Assembly: GCF_009914755.1 (NCBI RefSeq)
Contig: NC_060925.1
Origin: the human T2T-CHM13v2.0 reference genome, Homo sapiens
DNA: 64,000 bases
Direction: 5' to 3' (one strand)
Position 1 is the first letter of the stretch, and every line of letters starts with the position of its first letter. The translations under genes and the position numbers were made by a program. Under the pieces are notes generated by a model. That model was not told the origin of the DNA, searched no databases, and saw nothing but the letters and a program-made list of their open reading frames with translations. Of this stretch, positions 28,316-40,494 are shown in pieces.

Positions 28316-29329
28316 CGGGGCCCTGGCCTGGGGCACCCACTGCACACTCAGGGCCAGACCCACCATCCTGGACTGGCGAGGAAGATCAGTGCCTCCTGCT
28401 CTGCCCAAACACACTCCCATGGGGCAAGCACTGGAGTGGATGCTGGGCTATCTTGCTCCCCCTTCCACTGTGGGCAGGGCCTTTCGCTTGTCCCATGGGC
28501 GGGTGGTGGGCCAAGGAGGAGCTTAGCAAGTCTGCAGCCCAGCCCCACCTCCATAGGGTCCTGCAGGCCTGTGCTGAGAGGCCTGGTGCTGCCTGGCAGA
28601 GTGACAAAGGCTCAGGACGGCTGGCTCTGGGGGACTCAGGCCAAGCCCCTTGGCACCATCCTGGCTTTTGGCAGGGATGAGTGAGGCCCTGCAGAGAGCA
28701 TCCCAGGCCAAGGTTCCCACTCAGCCTGCCCCCTCTGCATGTGGGTAGAGGATGTACTGGGACTTGGCATTTAGGATTCCATCTGGCCCAGCCCCTGAAG
28801 GTCCTGGGGAAGCAGGTCTCAATTCTGAATAGCCAGTGGGGCACACTGACTGTCCTCCCCAGGGGAACTGCAGCGCCCTCCTTCCCACTGCCCCCTGCAG
28901 CCCCTGAGATATTTTGCTCACTATCCCTCCCCACTTGCTTCCCTGATATGTGCTCTGAGCTTCCCTGAACCAGGATCTGCCTATTACTGCTGTGCCCCAT
29001 GGGGGGCTCCTTCCCTGCCTGACCCACTGTTGCAGAATGAAGTCACCTCGCCCCCCTCTTCCTTTAATCTTCAGGCCTCACTGGCCTGTCCTGCTCAGCT
29101 TGGGCCAGTGACAATCTGCAAGGCTGAACAACAGCCCCTGGGGTTGAGGCCCCTGTGGCTCCTGGTCAGGCTGCCCGTTGTGGGGAGGGGCAGTGTTAGA
29201 GCAGGGCTGGTCATACCCTCTGGAGTTCAGAGGAAGAGGTAGGACCAGTGCTTTTTTGTTTCTTTTGTTATTTTTGGTTGGGTGGGTGGGAAGGTCTCTT
29301 TAAAATGGGGCAGGCCACACCCCCATTCC

Positions 29330-29446
29330 GTGCCTCAATTTCCCCATCTGTAAACTGTAGATATGACTACTGACCTACCTCGCAGGGGGCTGTGGGGAGG
29401 CATAAGCTGATGTTTGTAAAGCGCTTTGTAAATAAACGTGCTCTCT
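29330..29446 (+). mobile_element. MIR (MIRc/MIR3-like) fragment in the 3' UTR
   Basis: cctcaatttccccatctgtaaa...acctacctcgcaggg..tgtggggagg...tgtaaagcgctttgtaaa follows the MIR core and tail. Confidence 0.8.
29431..29436 (+). terminator. PTPRU: PTPRU poly(A) signal AATAAA
   Basis: Two upstream TGTA (CFIm) motifs and a downstream GT-rich element tgtgtgtgtct near 29466. Confidence 0.88.
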
Positions 29447-30399
29447 GAATGCCACAGAGCAGCCCTGTGTGTGTCTCACCAGCCTGACGGGGCCTGCTCA
29501 CCTGCCCCCAGCCTCCAGTGCAGTGGGAGGGCCCTGGAGAAGCCTGGGTTCTGATCTGGTCCTGGTTTTTCCATTCGTAAAATGGTGGGAGTGTGGACCA
29601 GGACATCACTCAGGGTCCTTCCACTTTCAGAGTTGGTTCCAAGGGACCCTGGCCATTGCTGTCCCCATCCAGGCCTCTGAAGCAGTTCCTCAGGTAGGGT
29701 ATATCAACTCGAGATCCCTGAGGGCCACAGAGCTGCCTCTCACTCCACTGGGGGCCCTGGATCAGGTTCAGCTCTTTCTGGGGCAGCATGGGAGGCTCAG
29801 GCTTTGGTGTCAGGCAGATGGGCCCAGCAGCTGCGAGACCCTGGGCAAGTTAGTGCCCTCTCTGGGGCCTACTTTATCATCTGTAAAGTGGGGACAGTCC
29901 TGTTTGGATCAGATGAGGTAATGATTAAGTGCCTTATGTAGTGCCAAGCGTGTTGAAAGGGCTTACTTTACAAACATCGCAGAGATGGGGGCAGAGGAGA
30001 CACAGCCCTGCTGGGGATGACCGTCCCATTGCCCCAGCCCAGCCCATTCCCAGCCCCAGCCGCCTCCATGGGGTAGAGAGGGAGGAGGAGCAGGCTGGCT
30101 GGTAGGGACCTGGGTCACTCCTGACTCTGTCACAGGCTTGCTGCCTGACCTTGGACAAGACAATTCCTGTTTCTGGAACTCAGTTTCTTCATATGAAGGC
30201 TGACTCTATGATGTACTCATTCTGTTTGCACACTGGCTGACCCTCTGTGCCTCAGTTTCTCCATTGGTCAGAGGATACAACCCATTCTAATGACCTCACA
30301 ATTCAGCATACTTTAATCTGAGTTAAAAATTAATTGGCCAGTTAGGATCACACTTGGATAGGGCACAGACTGACCCCCTCATCCTCATTCTGAGCTGAC

Positions 30400-30852
30400 C
30401 TCTGAGCCTTACGCGATGCATCACAAATGTGTGTCACGGGTACTGGCCAAGCGATAGAATATGACTTGCTTTGGCCAATAGCATGGGCAGAAGTGATGGC
30501 GTGTGAGTTCTGGATCCCAGGTCTCATGAGGCCTTGCAGTTTTTGCTTTTGCTCTTCTGGAACTCTGCTATACAAGGGAAGCTGTCTCACCTACCGGATG
30601 ATTTGAGGGCACACAGAGGAGAACCAGCGCGTGCCATGAACAGTCAGTAGCAACTCCCAGGCTGTGAGTGAGGCTGTCTTGAACCTTCCAGTCTAGCTGA
30701 CCTGTCAGGTAAGTGTAGCCACATGGCTAAGCTTAGAAGACACTGCCCAACCAACCCCTAGAACTGGGAGAGATGATAAATGGTTTTTTTTTTTGAAGAC
30801 AGTCTGTTGAAATCACTTGTTACATACACAGTTAGTTTTTGCTAACTGATAC
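30400..30852 (+). mobile_element. MLT1 (MaLR) solo LTR
   Basis: tgacttgctttggccaatagcatgggcagaagtga...gataaatggtt...taactgataca. Confidence 0.75.
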
Positions 30853-31688
30853 ACACGCGTGCGGAGCAGTCTGGATGCGGCTCGGCCCTTTGCTCTGTTC
30901 GGTGCTGGCTCCTCAAGGGCAGGGAGTATTTCTGTGCCATCTTGTGTCCATTGCCCAGTAAGGGGCTTGTCATGGAGCTAGTGCCCTGGAAATGTTGGCA
31001 CGAGGGAGGGAAGGAAGGAGAGGTTGGACTTGCCTGCCCGACTGACCAGGGGCCTTGTGTGGCCTCTCAGAGAAGCTGGGGAGGTGGGCTCTGTATTAGG
31101 AGGAGCACCAGCTCCAGAACCCATAGTCCCGCCCCCAGCTCCACAACCCACAGTCGGGTGACCTTGCACAATCCCCTAACAACCCTGCAATAAACATAAC
31201 AGGACCTACCTGCAGGATTGGTTGTGAGGTCTAGGGACAAAATATTTAAAAGGAACCAGCATACTCCCTGGTGACATAATTGACCCTCAATAAAGGGCAT
31301 CTCACGCCATAATACTGAAGCCCCTGGATAATGAAAATGGTGACGATCACCTTTCATCTAGTGCCTATTCCTGTGTTATGTGTCCTACACCCTTTGGCTC
31401 TTCCTTACTCCATACAGCAGCTCTTTAAAGGGGGGATTCCTACCCCTCCATTTTAGAGACAAGACATGGAGGCTCAGGGAAGTGAGTTTACTCACCCAAG
31501 GTCACCTGGCCACTATATGGCAGAGCAGGGACTTGAACCCATGTTTAGGCTGACTCCAACACCTGGGCCTTTAACTGCTCTGCTCTGTGGCCTCCCTGGC
31601 CCAAAAGCCTAAGGATCCCCTCGGTGTAATACCAGATGGGGAATTTGTGGCCTAAGCACTGCTTTTCAAATGCTGTGAAATGTGTCAG

Positions 31689-31735
31689 AGGTGGCGGCCT
31701 CTCAGACAAGGTGGCGGCCTCTCAGACAAGGTGGC
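31689..31735. repeat. Perfect 20-bp tandem duplication
   Basis: gtggcggcctctcagacaag at 31691-31710 and 31711-31730. Confidence 0.97.
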
Positions 31736-32479
31736 CAGGAGCACAGGAAGATGAATGGTCCAGCCGGGTTCTGTCCAGGGCCTCTGGCTGAGCAAGTGTG
31801 GGTAGAAACCTCCACCCACCCAGGCCCCAGCAAATAAGATTTCTACAAGTGCAGCTAGGCCAGCTGCCTGTTACTGCCAGAAGCTAAGTTGTTTCTTTAT
31901 ACCATAATAAATCTGGCTGTAGGAGTCAGCGAAAGCAATGATTACTTCACACAACCTCTCTCAGCCCCTGATTGAGATGCATTATATATCCCAGGCACCC
32001 AGGAGATGGAGCCGTGACATTGATGGATGCCAAGGCCACTTGCAAGGCCCTCATTGGGAGCAGGGCCTGGCCAATCTCTCTCCCTGGGCTCCATGGACCT
32101 CCCCCTGCCCCGGTGACCTCTGATGGACAGGAGCTTAATGAGCTTTGGCCTCAACATCCCCATGGCTAAGGGCAGTGCAGAAATAATGGAGTCATTGCAT
32201 AGGCAGGATCAACAGGTTCAAGTCAGGCAATGAATGGCCAGCAGGTAGAGGATGAGGGCTTTGGACGTGGGGATGTAAGAAAGCAAAGCTTTATTCGGCA
32301 CTGAAATGCACATTGCTCAGTGCTCTCTGTAGACTGTCATATGTCAGTCTCCAGTTCCACCTGTGAGGTAGGTACTATGATCATCGCCATTTTACAGATG
32401 AGGAGACTGAGGCTTAGAGAGCTTAAGCAACTTGCCCCAGGTCAGAGAGCCAACAAGGTCACACAAACAACAGCAACCA

Positions 32480-33019
32480 GTGTGATCGTTTGAAAAAACA
32501 GGCCAGATCCCATCACTCACCTGCTCAAACCCTCCAGTGCCTCCTGCTGCTGTGTGCATGAGCACTGTGCTCCTGACCATGACCTCTGAGGCCCACCTGT
32601 CCTGGCTCTACCCTGTCTGTCCACGTCCCTCCTGCACGCTCCTGCGCACTCCAGGCTCTTCTTCCCCCATCATTCTGAGCTCTTTGCATGGACACCCTTC
32701 TCCGGTCCTGCATACCTGGCTCTTGCCTGGTGTCCAGTTCCCAGATCAGATGTCCCCTTCCTGAGATGCCCTCCCTGAATGCCCTGAGTGGCCCTCCAGC
32801 ACCCACTGTCCCTGTGTCTTTCAGGGCCCATCCTGTGTCTGTGCCTTGCTGCTTTCTCACAGTGGGTGATGAGCTTGTTCATTCACTGGGTATTTCTTCT
32901 CACCAGACTGAGCAGCGAGAGGCCAGGGCCATGTAGGTCTTGTCCTCCTGTGTCTGTTGCACTGGGCATGGTGCCTGGCACATGACAAGAACTCAACGAG
33001 TATTTGTTGAATGAATGAA
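32480..33019 (+). mobile_element. L2 3' fragment
   Basis: Ends gtgcctggcacatg...ctcaacgagtatttgttgaatgaatgaa. Confidence 0.7.
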
Positions 33020-33266
33020 AGTTGCAGAGCTGGGACTGGAGCTCAGGTCTGTCTGGCTCCAAAGCCTATACTCTTAAGCACATAATTTTTAGTCCTTGGA
33101 TGACCACATGGCTTGAAGTCATGAGGCTGGGTTCCAATGCTGGCTCAGCTACCACCATGCTGTGTGGCATTGAGCAAACATCTGGGGCTCAGTCTCCTGA
33201 TTTGTCCATGAGGAGGCAGAGCTAGGTGCTTTCTAGGAGCTCATTCTAAGTAGGACAGCATCAGGT

Positions 33267-34785
33267 TCAACATCCCTCAGACAATGGGGCTGACATTGCT
33301 CAGTGGGGTCCAGGCCATTGGCCTAAGCATCGGGTGTCTGAGGCTGGTGGCTTTACACTGACTTTAGTCTGATGGGCCTGCACCCCCACCCTGGCTGGTC
33401 CTGGTGATCACAATAGTGACTGCTGTGCATTGTCCCTAATACAGACTGTTCCTAATCTCCCCAGCATCCTGAGAGGTGGGTATCACCAAGCCCATTTAGC
33501 AGGCAAGAAAGCTGAAGCTCAGAGAAATGAGGGCAGAGCTCTCAATGTCACAGCTAGAAAAGATTCAGTCTCTGGACTAGAACTTGGGACTGACTCCAAA
33601 GCCGGTGCTCATGCAAACAACAGCCAGTCTATGCCTGCACCACACCAGCTGCTTGAGGCTGCTCTCAACCCTCAGCCAGGCTGCTCTCCCAACCCTGCCC
33701 TAGCTGGGCTCATCTCCACTGTGCCTCACCATCAACAGCCTCTCCAGGTCCAGGGCCGGCTTGAAACACTGCCTGATCATCCTAGTCTGCTGCATTCTCA
33801 CCGTGAGGGTGGCCTGAGTCAGCGGGAGCGCAGGAGCTGAGAACGCCTTTCAAGAAAAAGGAAACTCGTCTAAGCTCACCTCCTACTCTCTCCCTGGGAT
33901 GGGAAGAGGGACCCTGACCAGAAATGTCATTTTCTGCTCATTTCAAAGTGAATAATGTGGCTGTCTTGGGCTGTGTTTAATCTCTTAATGCATCCCTGTT
34001 TGAAGAGCAATGGGCTCAACATCCCTCAGAGACAATGGGGCTGGCATTGCTCATTAGTGCCCAGGCCACTGGCCTAAGCATCTGCTTTCTGAGCCTGATG
34101 AAATCTTGGGTGTAGTCTGAGCTTTGGTCTGATGGACCTCTGTACCTACTTTGGCAGGTCCTTGCATTATACCTAATGTGGACATTGTCCCTAATCTTCC
34201 CAGAAATCCTGAGAGACAGATGTTACCAAAACAATTTGATATATGAGGAAAGAGGCTCAGAGAGCTGAGGTGAATTGCTTAAGGCTACACAGCTAGAAAA
34301 GAGCCAAGACAGAATTAAAAGCCATGTCACTTGACTCCAAACCATTGCTCTTATAATCATTGGAGAAATACTGGCAGATCTAAACCTGAACCACATTAAC
34401 TGCTGGAAGTTTCTCTTGTCCGTGAACCAGTCTGCCCTTTCAACACTCACTCAAGCTAGGCTCAGCCACAGCCACAAACAGGCTTAGCTGAGGCCCACAG
34501 TCAAACAGGGCTCAGGGCTGGGCATCTAGTAGGCCTGCAGCAAAAGCCAGTGACTGGACAATTGAATGTCTTGAATCTGCAGAGGGTGGAGGTGGCCTGA
34601 GTCAGCAGGAGCTGAGAAAGCCTTTTGAAGAAAAATGAAATGTATCTCAACCCACTCCCTACTTACTCCCAGAAGTGGGAAGAGGGAACCTGTCCAGGAA
34701 TTTTATTTTCTATTCTTTTGAAAGTGGAACAATGTGGCTTTCTTGAGCTGTGTTTATTCTGTGACTGCATTCTCTCTTTGAAGAG
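33267..34785. repeat. Old tandem duplication, two ~750-bp copies (33267-34007, 34016-34785)
   Basis: Collinear shared blocks: tcaacatccctcaga, ggcctaagcatc, cattgtccctaat, gtggcctgagtcagc, gggaagaggg, ctgtgttta, tttgaagag. Confidence 0.9.
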
Positions 34786-34914
34786 GGCTGGGATTGCTCC
34801 CCAGGGCTCCAGCCCATGCATGCTCCTTTCCCTACAAAAGGCATAGCAACTCTTCCCCTTCTAGCCTCTTCCCCAATCAACCCTTTGCTCCCTTCCATGT
34901 CTGCCTCTCTCGCC

Positions 34915-35659
34915 CATGACAGTTCTTAATTTATTGTCTCTGAGCTCCAAATACATCCTTCGTTGCCCTGCTTTGTAATACTGGAGCTGGACCCTGTGAA
35001 CAGTTCTCTTGTGCCAGCTAGAGCAATGTTAGGCTTTGTCAGGAGAGGGCGCTAGAGGGACACTGTAAGGTCCCTCTGCAGCGGGAAGGCACTTCCCTTC
35101 CAGGTTCTGGTCCTCCTTCCATCTTTTTGTTTCCAGCACAGGAGCCAAGGCCCAGTGCTATCATCTCAGTGGCCTGTGTGGACCAGCTCCAAACGTCTTT
35201 TCTGTATAACAGGAAAGAACCATCAGGCTTCACTCTCTCCACCTGGACATCGATTCTATAGACCAGCCCTACTCACACTTGACACCAGCCTGAACCCATG
35301 TGGGATCAGGTTCCCACAAAGACGGCCATGTCCACAGACTGAGCCAGCTTACTTTCCCTGGCAGGTTTCTTAGCCACTGGAGGCTGCATGTTCTCATGGT
35401 CATCACTCACTCATAGAGGAGGTCTGAGTCAGGGGGAACACCTTCTCCTGAGGCCCTATTTCCTTCATTATTCACTTTCCCTCAGCCTAGAAACAGTAGC
35501 TACTTTTTTGCACGTGCTGCTTCTGGGTCTCATAGAGTGTTCTTTTACCCTTTTTAGTAATTAACTATCCTTTGTTAGATAATAATTCTTTATATTAAAA
35601 TTTCCACGTTCAGATTATGGGTGTGAGCTCTGTCTCCTGACTGGATCCTAATTGATAAG
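34915..35659 (+). mobile_element. 5' LTR, LTR41-like
   Basis: gccctgctttgtaatactggagctggaccctgt...agagggcgctagagggacactg; end tctgtctcctgactggatcctaattgata. Confidence 0.82.
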
Positions 35660-37428
35660 GAATTGAGAGCAGGAATGGTCCCAGGTGACAGACCCGCAAA
35701 GATGAGATTTTGATAGGTTTCATTGTGCCTTTGGGCTGGAGCACAATGCTGAGTTCCTTGCCAGTGGGAATGGGATGCTTGTAATCTACAGCATAATGGC
35801 ACCATAATGTTGCTATCACCTGTAATGGATTTTGGTGCAATGCCAACTGGAGCAAGTGTCTTGGGAACTCAGGTGACTCCTGCACCTGACCATGATTACA
35901 CCAGTAATGATGCCCGCAAGGACTGTGGTGTGGGATGAATCTTGCATGCACTGGAGCACTTACTAGAAAAGAAAAGACAAGTTGAGGTTATTTAATTCTC
36001 AGCTCAAATCATAGTTTGAGGACCACAGAGCTTCCATGTCATCCGTAAAAGAATCTCATATTTCATGTAGCCACAGGGCTGATATTGCTCAAAACCAAAC
36101 ACAAAATTTAATTGTGTGGGTGGCAGAATTTAAATGTCAGTTAAATTTATAGCATCACAAGTTTTTCATGTGAAAGTTTGGGTATAAATCAGGGAAGAAT
36201 GTGATCTTGAAACTTGGAATAGGGACATCTGGTTGGACTCAGATAAAATGGAGAATCCTGATTCCCTGAGGCCCTCTGAGCCTCCCTTGCCAATGGAAAT
36301 ATCTTCCCCTCTTGTATCTGAGGAGGTTAGTTTTCCTTTGTTTGAAAATGCGGAGATAACCTCATATGGGGCAGATGCCTTGAGATAGCATGACCATTAT
36401 CCTCAGGAGATGCCACAAGCACGCTTTGTTACCACTAGATCCATAACAAGGGTCAAATCTCAGCATGCTCCAAGGGGACAGGTACTCACTGTGATGCAGA
36501 ACGAGGCAACACAACAGAAGAAAGGCAAGATTTTGCTAATGGCAAGATTTTACATAATTCAGGGAATATTTATGGGAGCTGATTCTAAGGGTGGAAGGTA
36601 ATAATTCTGAATTCATGGATGTGGATTTGGTATTTAATGTGTTAAGTTGTGCAACTGAAGTTCGCTCTAACAGTTTACTCAGTTGGTTGACTGAAACTTG
36701 GACTTGAAGGTGGCTTACATTTAATGAAATTGAAATGCCAGAGGTTCCATGGCATAATGTGGAAGAGGGAGTCCAAAGGCTTAAGGAGATAGGATGTTGG
36801 AGTGAATTTATCATGTGTGACCTGCACAACCACCCCTGCAAACTATGTTCCATGAAAATTCTCGGAAGACACCTTCTTAACTAAGGCACTGAGAAATATA
36901 TTATTGAGAGGAGAACCTTCATCCTTAAGAAACTCTGTGGATGTTCACCTTCATAGTCCAGTTATTACCATAGATTATGCTATCATTCCTGTGAACTTCT
37001 TGATTTCATGGGGACGATAGCATCCTGGAGCTGCAGAGGCTAAGTGGAATTGCTTAATAACCAAAGACAATATGGATGATGCGCCATAAAGGGCAGCAGG
37101 GATGTGCCTGTAATTAGAATGCCTTGGCCCATAGGGATCTTTGGTGGTGACTAATTGACCACTTTGTCCCTAGAAAGGAAATAGACAGATAGCCTACTAA
37201 AGCACTGCTTGATCTGTATCACAGAAAAACAAATGAACAAACACAACTCTAGCACTGGTGCCCAAAACCCGACTGGAATGACTGTTGCAGTTACGGCTTC
37301 TCATCCAGTTTCTAGACCTAAAGCAATTCACAGATCAGACCATCTTGATTTAGGAGGATGCCAGACCCTTTGAAGAAGATTCTTGCAGTAGTGCTATAAG
37401 TATATACCATAAGTCTTCCTCCATGCCT

Positions 37429-37730
37429 GCCTTATTCTAAGTGAAGTAACTCAGGAATGGAAAACCAAATATTGTATGTTCTCACTTATAAGTGGGAGCT
37501 AAGCTATGAGGATACAAAGGTGTAAGAATGATATAATGGACTTTGGGGACTCAGTGGGGAAGGTTTGGGGGGTGCGAGGGACAAAAGACTACATATTGGG
37601 TGTGTGTACACTACTTGGGTGATGGGTGCACTAAAATCTCAGAAATCACCACTAAGGAATTTATCCATGTAACCAAAAACGACTTGTGCCCCCAAAACAT
37701 TTGAAATAAAAATAATTAAAAAAAACCAAA
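37429..37730 (+). mobile_element. L1PB 3' fragment inside ERV-L
   Basis: ctaagctatgaggatacaaagg..taagaatgatataatggactttgggga; TSD cttcctcca(t/a)gcct at 37415-37428 and 37731-37744. Confidence 0.9.
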
Positions 37731-38265
37731 CTTCCTCCAAGCCTTCTCCAAGGGGACCTGTGGCCACTTACTAGAATGACTGCATTTGGGGAAAGAAAGT
37801 ACCCAGTCCTTTGGGGGATTACTAGACATTGACTCTGAATTTATGATAATTTCTGGGGTTGCAAAATGCCACTGTGGTCCACCATTCAAAGTCTTGACTT
37901 AGATCATCAGGTGATAGATATTTAGCCCAAATGTGTTCAGTTGGACATTCCCCCAGTTTCTGAATGTATAAGTGAAATTGGCATACTCTCACTGGGAAGA
38001 GACCCCATTTTGGGTCTTTGTCTTATGGAATGAGATCCATCATGGAAGAAAGGGCCTAAATAGAAGTTTCTGGAACTTCCTCTCTTTGCCATGATAGCAA
38101 ATTGGAAGCACTTCCATATCCGCGGGGAAATTTCAGAGATTCATGAAGCCTTGAAATATGCAGGGGTGGTGATTCCTATCCCATCCCCATTTAACTTGCC
38201 TATTTGACCTATGCAGAGGTTGGAAGGGTTTTGGAGAATGACTATATTATTGTATATTTCATTAG

Positions 38266-38560
38266 GTGGTAACACCAATTGCAGCTGCTGCCCCAGATAG
38301 AGCATCTTTACTGGAGCAACTCAGTATACCACTTTGGTATGCAGCTGTTCACCCATCTACTGCATTTTTCTCTGTACCAATTAGTGAGGACTATCAAAAA
38401 CAGTTTGCTTTTACCTGGAAGGGCCAACAGTACACATTCACAGTCTTGCCTCAGAACCAAGTCAATTTCTCTTGCTTTCTCCTATTATATAGTCTACAGA
38501 TAATATGATCATTTTGACATTCTACAAAGCATTGCACTGGTGTACTACATTGATGATGAG
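38266..38560 (+). pseudogene. ERV-L reverse transcriptase remnant
   Basis: RT motifs interrupted by stops and frameshifts. Confidence 0.9.
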
Positions 38561-40494
38561 CTGATTATGCCTGATGAACAGGCAGTAGCAAGTACAACAT
38601 ATGTGAATGTCAGGGTGGTAAATAAATCCCACAAAATTTCAGAGGTCTGCTGTCTCGGTAGTTTCTGAGGTTCAGTGGTCTGGAACATGTTGATATGTCT
38701 CTCCAAGGTGAAAGTCAAGTTGCTGCACATTACATACTGCTAAAAAAGAGGCACAGCACTTGGTAAGCATTTTGGATTTTAGAGGCAACATATGTCACAT
38801 TTGCGTGTGTAACTTTGACTCATGAGCAAAAATCTCCATAAGGCTTCCAGTCTTGAGTCAAGGAGGTTCTGCAGCAAATTAAGGCTTCAGAAAAAGTTTC
38901 TCTACCACTTGAATGATCCAGTAGATCCAGTGATTCTCAAATTGTCCACAGCAGGTAGGGATGCTGTATGGAGTCACAGCTAAGCCCCTAAAGGGGAATC
39001 ACAATGCAAACTTTTAGGATTCTAAAGTAAATCTATTCCTGTTTATTCAGACACTACTTTTTTCCCCCCTGAGAAATAGCTTCTAGCTTGCTATTGGACT
39101 GTGGTAGAGACTGGGTGCCTAACTGGGACATCAAGTGACCATGCAGCCTAAGATTCCTAATTGAGATTCTATTGACGCAACTAGTTATAAGGTTAGCTTT
39201 GTGTGGCAGCAATCTATCATCAAATGAGAATGCTATTAAAGAGACCTCACTTGGGCAAGCCTGGAAGGTATGAGTAAGTTGTATGAATTAGTAGTTCAAA
39301 CTCCTTTCTCATCAACTTCTGCCGCATTGCCTTGTCCCCCTCAAATCATGCCTATGGCCTCGTGGGGAGCTCCTTATGACCAGTTGCTGAACAATGAAAA
39401 CTCAAGCCTGGTTTACAGATGGTGCTGTCCGATATACCAACCAAAACAGAAGACTGAGGTATCACAGCCCCATTAGGGTGACCTTGAAATACAGTGGTGA
39501 GGGAAAATCTTATAAGCAGTATATTTGGTTGTCCATTCTGGAATAAGAGATAGCCAGAGTATGGCTCTACACTGATTTATGAGCAGTTGTTAATGGTATG
39601 GTTTGGCTGGTTGGTCAGAGACTTGGAAGAAACAGGACTGGAAGATGGAAGAGGGGGAATTCTGCAGAAGAGTCATGTGGATGGGCTTCTCAGAATGGGC
39701 ATAGACTGTGAAGATTTGTGTCCCATGTGAATGTTTGCTAAAGGGCATCCACTGCAGAGGAGGCTTTCAATAAGTAGGTGAGCAATATAACATGCTTTGT
39801 GATGATCAGTTAACCTCTTTATTCCTCTGTCCCTATGCTTGTCCAATGGGCCCATGAGTAAAGTGGCTGTAGTGGCAGGGATGGAAGATATGCCTGGGCT
39901 TAAAAACATGAACATCCCTTTCCTAAGGACTTCTTTGGATACTGCCACTGCTGGGTGCTCAATCTTCTGACGGAAGAGACCAACATGAGCCCACAGTATG
40001 CCACCATTCCCTGGATAGACTGGTCATCTACCAGGTTTCATCTTGATTTCATTGTACATCTCCCATCATGTAGGGGGCATAGATTCTTCCTTATTGAAAT
40101 AGAATCATTATCTGGAGATATATTTGATGTCCCTGCCTGTGATTCTTTTGTCCCTGCCACCATCTATGTACTCATAGAATGTCTCACCCACTATCATGGT
40201 ATAGTACACAGAATTGCCTCTTCCCAAGGAATTCATTTCACAACAAAGGAAATGTAAAAGTGGGCTGATTCCCATGGAATTAACTGGTCTTACCACATCA
40301 CTCATCACCTGGAAGTGAACGGTCTAATTAAAAGATGGAATGGCTTACTGAAGGCTCAGGTATGGCACCACTTGGGAGACATTCCCTGAAAGGATGCAAT
40401 ATATGCTTTGAATCAGGCACCATTGTATAGTGCTACCTTCCTTGTTGTTAGAATACCTGGGTCCATTAATCAGGGGTGGAAGTGGGAGTGGTTC

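Larger units (their letters stand above)
28316..29458 (+). other. PTPRU: PTPRU 3' UTR (end approximate)
   Basis: From the stop codon to about 20 nt past the first AATAAA that I found. Confidence 0.8.

Noticed and set aside
28316-28684. Frame stays open 122 codons past the TAG (context TAG-CGG), suggesting readthrough
   Set aside because: Not the TGA-CTAG motif; long open frames are common here given the GC content; would need ribosome profiling
31689-31735. Direct repeats as a CRISPR-like array (also 27423-27800 and 61467-61521)
   Set aside because: No unique spacers, no cas genes, eukaryotic context
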